Assembly (NCBI RefSeq): GCF_000025665.1
Contig: NC_013926.1
Location: 1,260,001 to 1,292,000, forward strand
Length of the DNA stretch: 32,000 bases
Reading direction: 5' to 3'
DNA from: Aciduliprofundum boonei T469
Lineage (GTDB): Archaea; Thermoplasmatota; Thermoplasmata; Thermoplasmatales; Aciduliprofundaceae
The notes under the pieces were generated by a model. It did not search any database and was not told the DNA's origin. It worked only from the letters and a program-made list of their open reading frames with translations. Position 1 is the stretch's first letter. The number at the start of each line of letters is the position of its first letter. Made by a program: the position numbers and the translations under genes. Positions 1-8,510 of the stretch are shown in pieces.

Positions 1-103
1 GTTCTACAACTACCCCATCTTCCTCTCTCGAATACGAAGCTGTTAGTAGCCGAACATCCCAGTACACATATAAACATCGCATTGGGGGATATAATTGTTG
101 CGA

Positions 104-1777
104 TTAAAAGGTTAGAACCCTCCCTACAGCCCAGTTTGTAAAGTAGGATACCATTATGCCTATCCAGACAAGCATGGAGAAATGCAGGTATATGCTATGC
201 TTATGCGAACCGCTTACGATCTTTATTATCATTGAAGAAACGAGAGCATGGATAACTAAGAGAAGAAGAAATACTACATTTGCGGTTTGAATTGGAAAAT
301 GAGCGGATAAAAGTGGAATATGTATGTATTTCTCCAGATTCACAGGATAGTATTTTATCATCGAGGCCATCATCTTCATCAGGTTAAGGGTTGTATAAAG
401 AGTAAAAGCCATGCCTACCATAAGGCCATAGAGTATACCTGTTAAATTGGCTGCCGATTGGAATCTCTTCTTTCTCAAGCCTATCATCCTAACATAAGAT
501 TCACTTATTATCTTGGAAATCCTTCTTGGATTTCCACCCATATCCAAGCCCGTGACAAACATATCTGTGAATTTTGAAATTAAATTGCTCCCCGTCTCTC
601 CTGCAAAATAGCGCCAGGCCATTTTCTTGTCTATTCTTGTCAGCAGTCTCTTATATAAAGTGTCGATGTACTTCGTTAGCTTTCCAAAATCATGCTTTCT
701 CAATCTCTCCATGGCTGTAACATCACTGCCCTTCGCTTCAATGTAGCTTCCAACCGCACGGATAAATGCATCATAGTTAGTATCGCAATTAATCAAATCA
801 CTCTCTGCAGTATGAATTAAATAGCCAGGATAGAATAAAGGCACGATTGATATCGCAATCACAAGGGCCAATGGTAATCCTAAAAAATATGTGATTAAAA
901 ATAGAATTATAACGGCAAGGTATGTGAAGGGAAGCACCCTAAGAAGTTTCATCTCATGTGGAGAGCGCACATCTTTTCTATTGTGCCAAACCTCATCCTC
1001 AGGTAATCTCACTTTAATAGCATAGAGCATTATACTCTCCACAGTCAAGAATCCTAAGAGGGTGAGGAAGAGGAATATCGTCATATCACCTGTGGTGAAC
1101 ATGGGCAGGATAGCAACGAATACTGCAAAGAATAGCATAGAGATGAGCATAGATACGAAAGTTTCTTTATAGACATCCATTTGAGATAGGGCAGCTTCAT
1201 ATTTTATGGCATATGTCTCCATAACCACCGTTCTCTCCTTCTCCAAGAACACTTCAAAATCCTCACCTGCATCTGCACTATGGGCCAAGCGATCTAAGAA
1301 ATCTGCAAGCTCTACACTTGGACATTTCTTAGCAACTATCCTTGTAGCATCGGGCAAGCTCAAATTCCAGTACTCCATAAGATTGTATATTTTTGCAACT
1401 TCATCGCTTAGGGCCCCATACTCCCTAACTTCCGAGAGAATTCTGAAAATCTCCTTTCTGGGTAATCTTGTAGATGCCAGAACGGCCATTCTTGTGATGA
1501 ATAGATGCATATACCTTTCAATTTCCTTCTTTCTCTTCTCTCCCTTCAGCAATGGGAAAAACATAACGAGCATTACGCCAAAAGCTGGAATCATATAGAG
1601 TATGATTATGAAAGGAAATTGTGTGAAAAATGATATGGCTATTGAGAGGTATATAGTTACAAATATCGTTGTTAAAAGTATGGGCATAGCGTACATCATT
1701 ATATATTTGCGCCAAGGAATGTCGAAAGAGGCGTATAACCTTGCAAATTTCTCCATGATCCCTGCCATTTTTATCAC
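104..1777 (-). CDS. flaJ: Archaellum polytopic membrane platform protein FlaJ/ArlJ
   Basis: The 557-aa ORF has many hydrophobic helices and is the last gene in the conserved flaB-F-G-H-I-J order. Its start overlaps the flaI stop in a GTGA junction. The ORF-track start is GTG 1777. GGTGTGAT followed by aaaa and ATG at 1768 looks like the real SD and start. Confidence 0.85.
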   Translation of the reverse strand: MIKMAGIMEKFARLYASFDIPWRKYIMMYAMPILLTTIFVTIYLSIAISFFTQFPFIIILYMIPAFGVMLVMFFPLLKGEKRKKEIERYMHLFITRMAVLASTRLPRKEIFRILSEVREYGALSDEVAKIYNLMEYWNLSLPDATRIVAKKCPSVELADFLDRLAHSADAGEDFEVFLEKERTVVMETYAIKYEAALSQMDVYKETFVSMLISMLFFAVFVAILPMFTTGDMTIFLFLTLLGFLTVESIMLYAIKVRLPEDEVWHNRKDVRSPHEMKLLRVLPFTYLAVIILFLITYFLGLPLALVIAISIVPLFYPGYLIHTAESDLINCDTNYDAFIRAVGSYIEAKGSDVTAMERLRKHDFGKLTKYIDTLYKRLLTRIDKKMAWRYFAGETGSNLISKFTDMFVTGLDMGGNPRRISKIISESYVRMIGLRKKRFQSAANLTGILYGLMVGMAFTLYTTLNLMKMMASMIKYYPVNLEKYIHIPLLSAHFPIQTANVVFLLLLVIHALVSSMIIKIVSGSHKHSIYLHFSMLVWIGIMVSYFTNWAVGRVLTF

Positions 1778-3426
1778 ACCGTGAATGGCAGTTTCTCCAC
1801 TCCAAATTTCTGAAAATCCACTATTATCTTCACCACATCCCTATATCGGAATATGTTGTGCTCGATCATCTTCTTGATTATCTTTGCTCTGAGGAATAAA
1901 TCGTTGTATATCTTGCGCGGGTCATCATAACCCAAGAGTGGTGCAATTTTCTCCTCAAGGATGTATGAGTTATTCAAACCCCTGAATATATGCTCATCCC
2001 TGAGCGGGTCCCATACAAAAACTGCCTTTGTCATAACGCCTCCAAGCTCGCTCGAATAACCCAATATCTCTTCCACGGAGAGTACCCTTCTCAAAGTTCT
2101 GCCCTTTAAATACACAGCTTGCTGGAAAACACCTATGTTTAGATTATCCATAAATGTAACAGGCACGCTAATTGGAGGAGAGCTTAAACGTTGTATCATT
2201 CTCTTAATGGATGATGCGTGAAATGTAGCCATAACCGGGTGTCCTGTCTGCATTGCTTGGAAAGCCACATTACCTTCTGCCCCTCTTATTTCTCCCACAA
2301 TTATGTAATTGGGCCTACTTCTCAAAGCGGCTTTTAGTAAATCGAACATTTCTACACGAGATTCTTCGGGACCAGCTTCACGGGTTAACAATCTCTGCCA
2401 AATCTCGTGAGGTACATGCACCTCGGGCGTATCCTCCGCGGTGAATACCTTGTAATTATATCTTATAAACGGAATTATAGCGTTAAGCGTTGTAGTTTTA
2501 CCGCTTGCAGTTTCTCCTGAGATGAACAGGCTCTTCCCATACTCAATAGCCATCCATAGATAAGCTGCTATCTCGGCCGAGAATGTTCCCCACTTCACCA
2601 ATTGCGTCACGCTCAATGGCTCTGCCGCAAATTTTCTTATTGTGAAAGATGCACCCTTAATACTAACATCATCCGCATAGATAATATTAATTCTGGAGCC
2701 ATCTGGCAAAGCCCCATCTACTATTGGTCTTCCCGTGCTAACAGGTCTGCCCATTCTCTCGCTCATTCCCCTCAAATAAGAATCCAATTCATCATAACTT
2801 GAAAACTGCACATTTGTCTCCATAGTCTCAAATACTTTGTGAATCAGATGCACTGGCTCTATTCCTATGGCATGGATATCTTCTATGTAGGGATCCCTAA
2901 GCAGTGGCTCTAGTGGGCCACTTTCAATTATATCCCTCTTTAGATAATACTCAATTTTATCGTATTCCTCTTGCGTAACAGCTACTTTTATTTTTCTGAA
3001 CATGCTCATAAAACCCTTCTTCTCTTCAAAGGGCACCGGCTCTTCCACAAGAACAACAGAATCCTTGAGCAATCTCTCTAACTGCCTTTCAAACTCCTCC
3101 TTGGTCTTATGGGGCGGCTCGTATCCTGCCTTTATGAATATCAATTCCCTGATCTTATTGTATTTTATTTTCTCCTCATCGGTAAGCTCTGGCTGTATAA
3201 CACGATATTTTCTATCTCCTCTCCTCCCGTAAATGTGGATGAATATGGGGTCTCCCACAGGGTATATCAGGTTGACCCAGTCAAGGTCTTTCATATCCCT
3301 CGATAGTTGTTCATAGAACTCGGGTGTCTCGTTTAATTCTTTTCTTACTTTTTCTATGTACCTTCCTAAATGTGGATTTCTCTTTATTGCCAGGTCAACC
3401 TTCATCCCCATGGCCATTTTTATCAC
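1774..3426 (-). CDS. flaI: Archaellum assembly/motor ATPase FlaI/ArlI (type II/IV secretion ATPase family)
   Basis: The 550-aa ORF has Walker A GETASGKTT and Walker B-like YIIVGEIRG, and sits between flaH and flaJ. The track start is GTG 3426. GGGGTGAT plus ATG at 3417 is the more likely start. Confidence 0.92.
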   Translation of the reverse strand: MIKMAMGMKVDLAIKRNPHLGRYIEKVRKELNETPEFYEQLSRDMKDLDWVNLIYPVGDPIFIHIYGRRGDRKYRVIQPELTDEEKIKYNKIRELIFIKAGYEPPHKTKEEFERQLERLLKDSVVLVEEPVPFEEKKGFMSMFRKIKVAVTQEEYDKIEYYLKRDIIESGPLEPLLRDPYIEDIHAIGIEPVHLIHKVFETMETNVQFSSYDELDSYLRGMSERMGRPVSTGRPIVDGALPDGSRINIIYADDVSIKGASFTIRKFAAEPLSVTQLVKWGTFSAEIAAYLWMAIEYGKSLFISGETASGKTTTLNAIIPFIRYNYKVFTAEDTPEVHVPHEIWQRLLTREAGPEESRVEMFDLLKAALRSRPNYIIVGEIRGAEGNVAFQAMQTGHPVMATFHASSIKRMIQRLSSPPISVPVTFMDNLNIGVFQQAVYLKGRTLRRVLSVEEILGYSSELGGVMTKAVFVWDPLRDEHIFRGLNNSYILEEKIAPLLGYDDPRKIYNDLFLRAKIIKKMIEHNIFRYRDVVKIIVDFQKFGVEKLPFTV

Positions 3427-3430
3427 CCCT

Positions 3431-4120
3431 TTACGAGATTGCCATTATCTCCAATATGATCCCGGTTCCAGCTTCAACTCTGAATGCTATAGTATTCTCA
3501 ACTCTGCCCTGAGCATTTGCGTATCTTCTAACAAAAGCAATTCTGTTCACCATTCCCCCTATTTTGTTTATAGAAGTTTCCAGATATACATTAGCTGCTG
3601 CCCTAAAAGGTGCCAATATCTCTTCTTTCATCACCCCCTTTTCCACATTCAATATTATAGTTCTATCAAGAGCCATCAATCTTTTAAAGAATGAAAGCAA
3701 CTGCACAGAGCGTGATTCAACATTTAAACTTGCCTTTACCAAGGAGGATAAGGTGTCGATTATAATTATGTCTGTTTTGAATAGAGAAGGTGAGGACATC
3801 AATCTACCCAGGAAATCCTTTCTATTGCGCATATTTCCAATTATAGGATACACTGGAACAAAAACAAGGCGATTATGGAGCAAGAAACTCGCAATTGGAT
3901 AGTTTAGAGAGTACATCTGCTTTATGAAATCTCTCACAGTTAACTCTGTGGATATTATGGTAACAGTATGCCCATTCATCAAAAATCCATAGGCAAATCT
4001 TTGCGTTAATGCGCTCTTACCGCTACCGTTCTCTCCCTCAATCAAAACTAATGAGCCCTCTGGAAATCCTCCCCCCAAGCGCGAATGCAGTTCATCCCTC
4101 TCAATTTTTATCCTGTACAT
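3431..4120 (-). CDS. flaH: Archaellum RecA/KaiC-like ATP-binding protein FlaH/ArlH
   Basis: The 229-aa ORF has Walker A GENGSGKS and lies directly upstream of flaI. SD GGTGTGA precedes the ATG at 4120. Confidence 0.85.
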   Translation of the reverse strand: MYRIKIERDELHSRLGGGFPEGSLVLIEGENGSGKSALTQRFAYGFLMNGHTVTIISTELTVRDFIKQMYSLNYPIASFLLHNRLVFVPVYPIIGNMRNRKDFLGRLMSSPSLFKTDIIIIDTLSSLVKASLNVESRSVQLLSFFKRLMALDRTIILNVEKGVMKEEILAPFRAAANVYLETSINKIGGMVNRIAFVRRYANAQGRVENTIAFRVEAGTGIILEIMAIS

Positions 4121-4123
4121 AGC

Positions 4124-4546
4124 TCACACCTTGAAGTAGAAGGTATCTGATATTCCGTTTTCAAGCACAACCTTTACCACATGATCCCCCGATGCAAGAT
4201 CCACATTAACAGTCAGAGTAATCGTATCTCCTGGCATCCATGTATCATTGCTCACCGTGTAGTTATCCTCATTTATACCGTCTATGAGAATAGTTATATG
4301 GGCTGTACTCAATGGCACCTTTCCCGTATTCTTGAGATAGAGAATCAATGGGTTATTACTCATATGAGTAGGATCGTTGATTATCTCAAAGCTTCCAGAG
4401 AGCTGATCTGCCAGCATATTTCCTCTATCCTGTATACCATTTGAGATGTTTAGTATGGCATTAGCTGCCACTCCCACAAAGCTAGCGGCTATTACTACGG
4501 AAGCGATGAAGAATATTATATGAGTGGCACTTGTGCTCAGACCCAT
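4124..4546 (-). CDS. flaG: Archaellum accessory protein, FlaG/ArlG-like (FlaF/FlaG family)
   Basis: The 140-aa ORF has an N-terminal hydrophobic, archaellin-like segment (MGLSTSATHIIFFIASVVIAAS) followed by a beta-rich domain (LILYLKNTGKVPL...ILIDG). It sits immediately before flaH. SD GAGGTGAT lies 3 nt upstream of the ATG. The F-versus-G assignment is by gene order only. Confidence 0.65.
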   Translation of the reverse strand: MGLSTSATHIIFFIASVVIAASFVGVAANAILNISNGIQDRGNMLADQLSGSFEIINDPTHMSNNPLILYLKNTGKVPLSTAHITILIDGINEDNYTVSNDTWMPGDTITLTVNVDLASGDHVVKVVLENGISDTFYFKV

Positions 4547-4555
4547 GGTATCACC

Positions 4556-5623
4556 TCACAGATACCCATAGAACTCGTTACCATATTCATCAACAATCTT
4601 CACCCTATAACCCATATTCATAGCGTACAGCCCTGAGGAGCTAAGGTATATCTTTCCATAGATATCGATGTTCCACGCTATTTCTTCCAACTCTATATCT
4701 TGCACAAACTCTTCGCCCTGATAAATTAATATTTCGTTGTGATTATTTAGAACGAATATGAAAGATCCCTCCATACTTTGCGAAGCTGCTATCTTAGTAG
4801 CATTATTTATTCTCCAATCGGTAAAAGAATACACATAGGCGCCTGAGGATGTATAAGCGTATATCTCATTCCCTTCAAGCACATATACATATTTTCCTAT
4901 GGCCACATCCTTTCCCTGTGATATTGAAATCTGATTAAGCAAATTGCCGGATGAATCAAATATATAAAGAGTGGTATTCGAAATCCCATAAACTCTTGTA
5001 TCGTTGGCAGCAATGGCAATTATACTCAAATTCTCTCCAAAAGCGCCGAGATAATATCCAGAAGAATCGTACTCTAAGATTTCCGTGGAATTTAGTACAT
5101 AGATATGCTCACCACAACTAATATCCAGTGGATCTTTTATCTCCCTATACCAAACCATGCTACCTTCATAGGAATAAGCAGTTATCCCTGTAGAATTCAA
5201 AATGTATATTTTATCCCCCTCGGCGGAGGCAATAACATCATCACCAACATCCATTTTAAACTGGATTTTATGATAATTCCCAAGAGAGTAGGATGAATTC
5301 ACAAATATCTTTTCATACTCCCCTGCATACCAATAGGCTGCGGAATTAAACTCCATAACACTACCATTTACAAGCACTGTGGTGGCATTCATATCCAAAG
5401 TGTATGGACCCTTATTATAGCCCCAAACCTCAATTTTTGAGGAATTGTAAACCACCCTATCAATTTCTATTACATTCTTAGAACCCTGGAGAATTTCGCT
5501 TCTATTTTCCATTCCTTGATTTGTGAGGGTATAGGAATAAATCAGGCTATTCAAGAGAGTTACAAGCATCATTATGGAAGCCGTAAATAATATCCCATAG
5601 GCAGCTGTTGTGCTAAGTCCCAT
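4556..5623 (-). CDS. FlaF/ArlF-like archaellum protein with a long C-terminal repeat (propeller-like) extension
   Basis: The 355-aa ORF has an N-terminal hydrophobic segment (MGLSTTAAYGILFTASIMMLVTLL) and a FlaF/G-like beta domain (EIDRVVYNSSKIEVWGYNKGPYTLDMNATTVLVNG). About six repeats of 35-42 aa follow, with the pattern [IV]Y[VI]L..x..I.aY..sG. It is tightly packed between flaB and flaG. Confidence 0.55.
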   Translation of the reverse strand: MGLSTTAAYGILFTASIMMLVTLLNSLIYSYTLTNQGMENRSEILQGSKNVIEIDRVVYNSSKIEVWGYNKGPYTLDMNATTVLVNGSVMEFNSAAYWYAGEYEKIFVNSSYSLGNYHKIQFKMDVGDDVIASAEGDKIYILNSTGITAYSYEGSMVWYREIKDPLDISCGEHIYVLNSTEILEYDSSGYYLGAFGENLSIIAIAANDTRVYGISNTTLYIFDSSGNLLNQISISQGKDVAIGKYVYVLEGNEIYAYTSSGAYVYSFTDWRINNATKIAASQSMEGSFIFVLNNHNEILIYQGEEFVQDIELEEIAWNIDIYGKIYLSSSGLYAMNMGYRVKIVDEYGNEFYGYL

Positions 5624-5624
5624 A

Positions 5625-6263
5625 TCACATCAACTCCACATATCTTGACACATAAACTGAAGGTGTGGTAATTTGCTGAAAAGTCGATACACCATGCTTG
5701 GGTATGATCTTAATACTGAGATATGTCTGAGGCAATAGAGCCAAGCCATTTGCTGTGGCATTAAATGATAAGGCAACTATATCTCCTGCACTGATTACAT
5801 AATTACTCAAAGTTTTTGGAGATAGGTCTCTTATAACTCTTATTCCAAAAACCCCTGCGCCACCCTGCGGATTTGCACCGCCATCGAAACTAACGGAGGA
5901 ATTGAACACCAAGTCCACGGAATTTTGACCATCACTAACCTCTAAAATCACATCTTCCAAATTCACTGGAGGGCTACCTGGGATTAATGATACTTTTATA
6001 TCAATCCAGTCAATCTGGTCGTGATAAGGAGGAGTCGTGCCCCACTCATCATTGTATCTGTAGCCACCCATAGATATTATCTTAAATCCTGTTGAAACAT
6101 CTTGAATCGCCACATTCCCTGTATCTTCTGCCTGTTGCTGAAGTTGGTATGATATTTGTATAAGTACAACAGCTGTTACTGCGGAAACAATGATCATTGC
6201 TATGAAAATTATGAGCGAGCCAATGCCGAATTCTCCCTGTTCCCTCTTCATCACCCTCTTCAT
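5625..6263 (-). CDS. flaB: Archaellin (archaeal flagellin) FlaB/ArlB
   Basis: The 212-aa ORF has a class III signal-peptide-like N-terminus (MKRVMKREQG/EFGIGSLIIFIAMIIVSAVTAVVLI) typical of archaellins. SD AGAGGTGAT lies 7 nt upstream of the ATG. It is the first gene of the fla operon. Confidence 0.85.
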   Translation of the reverse strand: MKRVMKREQGEFGIGSLIIFIAMIIVSAVTAVVLIQISYQLQQQAEDTGNVAIQDVSTGFKIISMGGYRYNDEWGTTPPYHDQIDWIDIKVSLIPGSPPVNLEDVILEVSDGQNSVDLVFNSSVSFDGGANPQGGAGVFGIRVIRDLSPKTLSNYVISAGDIVALSFNATANGLALLPQTYLSIKIIPKHGVSTFQQITTPSVYVSRYVELM

Positions 6264-6305
6264 ATTTCACATCACCTCTTGCATCACCTCCCATGGTGAT
6301 CAGTG

Positions 6306-6382
6306 GAGGAGAGCCATAGGCTCTCCTCGAGAGAGGCCCGAGGTGATATCGCTATCACCTGCGGGCATTCAGGGCCTCTCTC
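6306..6382 (-). promoter_or_regulatory. GC-rich nested double hairpin upstream of flaB (structured leader or small RNA)
   Basis: Read directly from the sequence. Hairpin A pairs 6306-6315 with 6319-6328 (10 bp, 3-nt loop). In hairpin B, the outer stem pairs 6329-6339 with 6372-6382 (11 bp). It encloses an inner stem pairing 6341-6348 with 6353-6360 (8 bp, 4-nt loop). An 11-nt one-sided bulge lies at 6361-6371. The element is far more GC-rich than the surrounding intergenic DNA. Strand of expression is not established. Confidence 0.4.
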
Positions 6383-6426
6383 AAAATTCAAAAGGATATA
6401 GGGTATTAAAAATTTTTTCACTGAAA

Positions 6427-6434
6427 TTTATAAA
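6427..6434 (-). promoter_or_regulatory. TATA-box candidate (TTTATAAA) for the fla operon
   Basis: A palindromic TTTATAAA lies in the AT-rich region between the mvk stop (6468) and the flaB start (6263). It would place the transcription start near 6400 and give a leader of about 140 nt. A second TATA-like site (CCTATATCC, around 6391-6399) is also possible. Confidence 0.35.
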
Positions 6435-6467
6435 TTGTTAAACATAACAGATACCCAATGGTGATTT

Positions 6468-7397
6468 TCAAAAATGATTTTCAATTCTAAACCCATCTTT
6501 ACTTATTTCCACCTTGTAAGCTTTGCCACCCACCTCTTCTATTGCCTTTGCTACTTCATCTTGCTCATCGGTAAGTGCTATTATTGAGCCACCTCCACCT
6601 GCTCCCGTCAATTTCGCCCCATACGAGTGCTTTAGGGACGCGTTTATCATTCTTTTTAGCATGGGGTGATTCACACCTAAGATAGTGAGAAGTTTATTAT
6701 CCTCGTTCATAAGCTCTCCTATTCTTTCATAATCCTCATCCTGCAAAGGTTCTATTGCTTCCATAGTTATTTTTCCTATATCTCTTATAACATCCCTGGC
6801 AAAGGAGTTCCAGTTATAGAACCTGCGCACTTTATTTACCATATCCTTTGTTGAGCCCTTTATACCGGAAAAGCCAACAACGAGTTTTAGTGAAGGGACT
6901 TCTATATGATGAATGTACCATTTCAACTCCCCCTTTTCCACTTTCCATAGAAAATGGTCTTTCTTCTCCCTATGCACCAAAATGCCTTTACCATGTGTCA
7001 CGGTGCTTGTATCAATGGGACTTGCACTTCCCTGAGTTCTATACTCCACTTCAAATCCCAATTTGGCTATTTTTTCCTCTTTTAGTTCATCTTTCATAGC
7101 CAAGAGCGCAGTGAGCATTGCAACGGTTATGGAGGCTGAGGAGCCCATGCCTGATGCAGAAGGAACCTCGCTCTTTGTTTGTATGTCCAACGGCTCTCCA
7201 TCCCAGCATAATTTTATTGCATTCTTGATGTATGAATGATACTTATCGCTCATAGGATAACCATTTACCCTATACTCCTCGCTTTTTTTTATTTTCACAT
7301 AGGTTCTCAAATTTATTGCCACAGCTATGGCAGGCTCACCGTAGACAACAGCATGCTCGCCGAATAATATGACTTTAGCTGGTGCAGATGTTTCCAC
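6468..7397 (-). CDS. mvk: Mevalonate kinase (GHMP kinase family)
   Basis: The 309-aa ORF has the motifs KVILFGEHAVVYG, PSASGMGSSAS and KLTGAGGGGS. Confidence 0.9.
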   Translation of the reverse strand: METSAPAKVILFGEHAVVYGEPAIAVAINLRTYVKIKKSEEYRVNGYPMSDKYHSYIKNAIKLCWDGEPLDIQTKSEVPSASGMGSSASITVAMLTALLAMKDELKEEKIAKLGFEVEYRTQGSASPIDTSTVTHGKGILVHREKKDHFLWKVEKGELKWYIHHIEVPSLKLVVGFSGIKGSTKDMVNKVRRFYNWNSFARDVIRDIGKITMEAIEPLQDEDYERIGELMNEDNKLLTILGVNHPMLKRMINASLKHSYGAKLTGAGGGGSIIALTDEQDEVAKAIEEVGGKAYKVEISKDGFRIENHF

Positions 7398-7433
7398 GGA
7401 AGATTATTTGCATTATGATGATAAACATTTCCC

Positions 7434-8435
7434 TCATAAGCTTAGTTCAACTTTATCTATTCCCTTCAATGCATTTCTTATCAGCCCTATTGTATTTTCT
7501 AAATCTCTTTTATCAATCATCTCAACGCTTGAGTGCATATAGCGAAGAGGAATAGAAATAACTACAGTGGCAACTCCCTCACGAGACAATTGAATGACAT
7601 CGACATCCGTGCCACTTCTGCTTGGATTAGGCTCAATTTGATAAGGCACTCCGTTTGCACTATTGATGAAATGCTTTACAAGCTTTGGATGAGCCGTTGG
7701 CCCTACTCCAATTGTGGGTCCTTTGCCAAGCTCTACAGGCATCTCGTCCTTACCCATTCCGGGCATTCTTGCATGGGTCACATCAATCGCTATACCTATA
7801 TCTGGCTCCACTCTAAATCCAGAGACCTTCGCCCCCCTCAATCCAACTTCTTCTTGCACTGTAGCTACAAAATAAATTGTTGTCTCGCTTTCCAAATCTT
7901 CCATTACTTTCAAAAGGGTGTAAATCCCGGCTCGATCATCTAAAGCCGTTGCTACAATCCTATTTCCAATCTCGTAATAATTCGGCAAGAAAGAGCCAAC
8001 ATCCCCTATACTTACCAAATTCTCTGCCTCTTCCTTCTTTTCTACTCCAATATCCACCCTTAAATCCTTTATTTCTTTTTTCTCTGCTTTCTTCTCTATG
8101 TGGGGCGGCTTCTCACCTATGACTCCGTAAACATAACTACTTTTCCCTCTTATTCTCACAATTCTTGATCGCAGCGTTATTGGATTCACTCCACCCATTG
8201 GCGAAATCACAAGGTATCCATCCTCAGTTATACCTCTGACCATAAAGCCAATTTGGTCCATATGTGCCGCTAAAAGCACTTTTCTCTCTCCTCCTTTTTT
8301 CACGCCTATAACATTTCCAAGGGTATCAACTTGTACATCATCCACATATTTTTCCATATGTTCTTTCACGATTTCTCTTATTTCCCCTTCATATCCCGGC
8401 ACTCCAAATGCTTTAACCAATTTTTCGAGAAGCAT
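7434..8435 (-). CDS. M42-family (TET/FrvX-type) aminopeptidase
   Basis: The 333-aa ORF has the metal-ligand motifs AHMDQIGF, LDDRAG and QEEVGLRGA, typical of M42 glutamyl/TET aminopeptidases. Confidence 0.85.
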   Translation of the reverse strand: MLLEKLVKAFGVPGYEGEIREIVKEHMEKYVDDVQVDTLGNVIGVKKGGERKVLLAAHMDQIGFMVRGITEDGYLVISPMGGVNPITLRSRIVRIRGKSSYVYGVIGEKPPHIEKKAEKKEIKDLRVDIGVEKKEEAENLVSIGDVGSFLPNYYEIGNRIVATALDDRAGIYTLLKVMEDLESETTIYFVATVQEEVGLRGAKVSGFRVEPDIGIAIDVTHARMPGMGKDEMPVELGKGPTIGVGPTAHPKLVKHFINSANGVPYQIEPNPSRSGTDVDVIQLSREGVATVVISIPLRYMHSSVEMIDKRDLENTIGLIRNALKGIDKVELSL

Positions 8436-8510
8436 AATGAAGGTATATCCCCATGTATCTTAAATTTTGGGTTGAAAAAATTAAATAAAGGCAATTGTAT
8501 TACAATATCT

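Noticed and set aside
1-141. Possible partial gene at the left edge. The plus frame 1 is open from 1 to a TAA at 139-141, and minus-strand ATGs at 82 or 77 run off the window.
   Set aside because: The fragment is too short (under 50 codons), several frames are open, and there is no motif or SD to choose between them. It is not reportable as a feature.
1206-4444. Assorted 60-130-aa ORFs antisense to or off-frame within flaJ, flaI, flaH and flaG. Examples are 1206-1598, 1518-1805, 3356-3694, 3564-3902 and 4181-4444.
   Set aside because: All are nested in strongly supported fla genes and lack SD sequences and motifs. They are shadow ORFs.
6306-6382. The 77-nt GC-rich element considered as a tRNA, an H/ACA or C/D box sRNA, or a TrmB-type TGM operator.
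   Set aside because: There is no cloverleaf and no T-loop (GTTCRA) or D-loop. The internal loop is one-sided (1 nt versus 11 nt), and no ACA box follows the lower stem, unlike H/ACA guides. No RUGAUGA/CUGA box pairs are present. The inverted repeat is GTGATA-N4-TATCAC, the opposite half-site order and different spacing from TATCAC-N5-GTGATA.
6082-6441. ORFs 6082-6294 (-, MGGDARGD...) and 6190-6441 (+) over the flaB start and leader.
   Set aside because: The first is out of frame with flaB and overlaps it, and no SD precedes its ATG (the SD copies lie downstream of it). The second is antisense to flaB and to the promoter region. Neither has recognisable features.
8331-8510. The N-terminal 60 codons of ORF 8331-8954.
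   Set aside because: This part overlaps the 5' end of the convergently oriented, well-supported M42 peptidase gene and its promoter. It translates to F/H/I-rich nonsense. The wHTH protein most likely starts at ATG 8511 or 8520.
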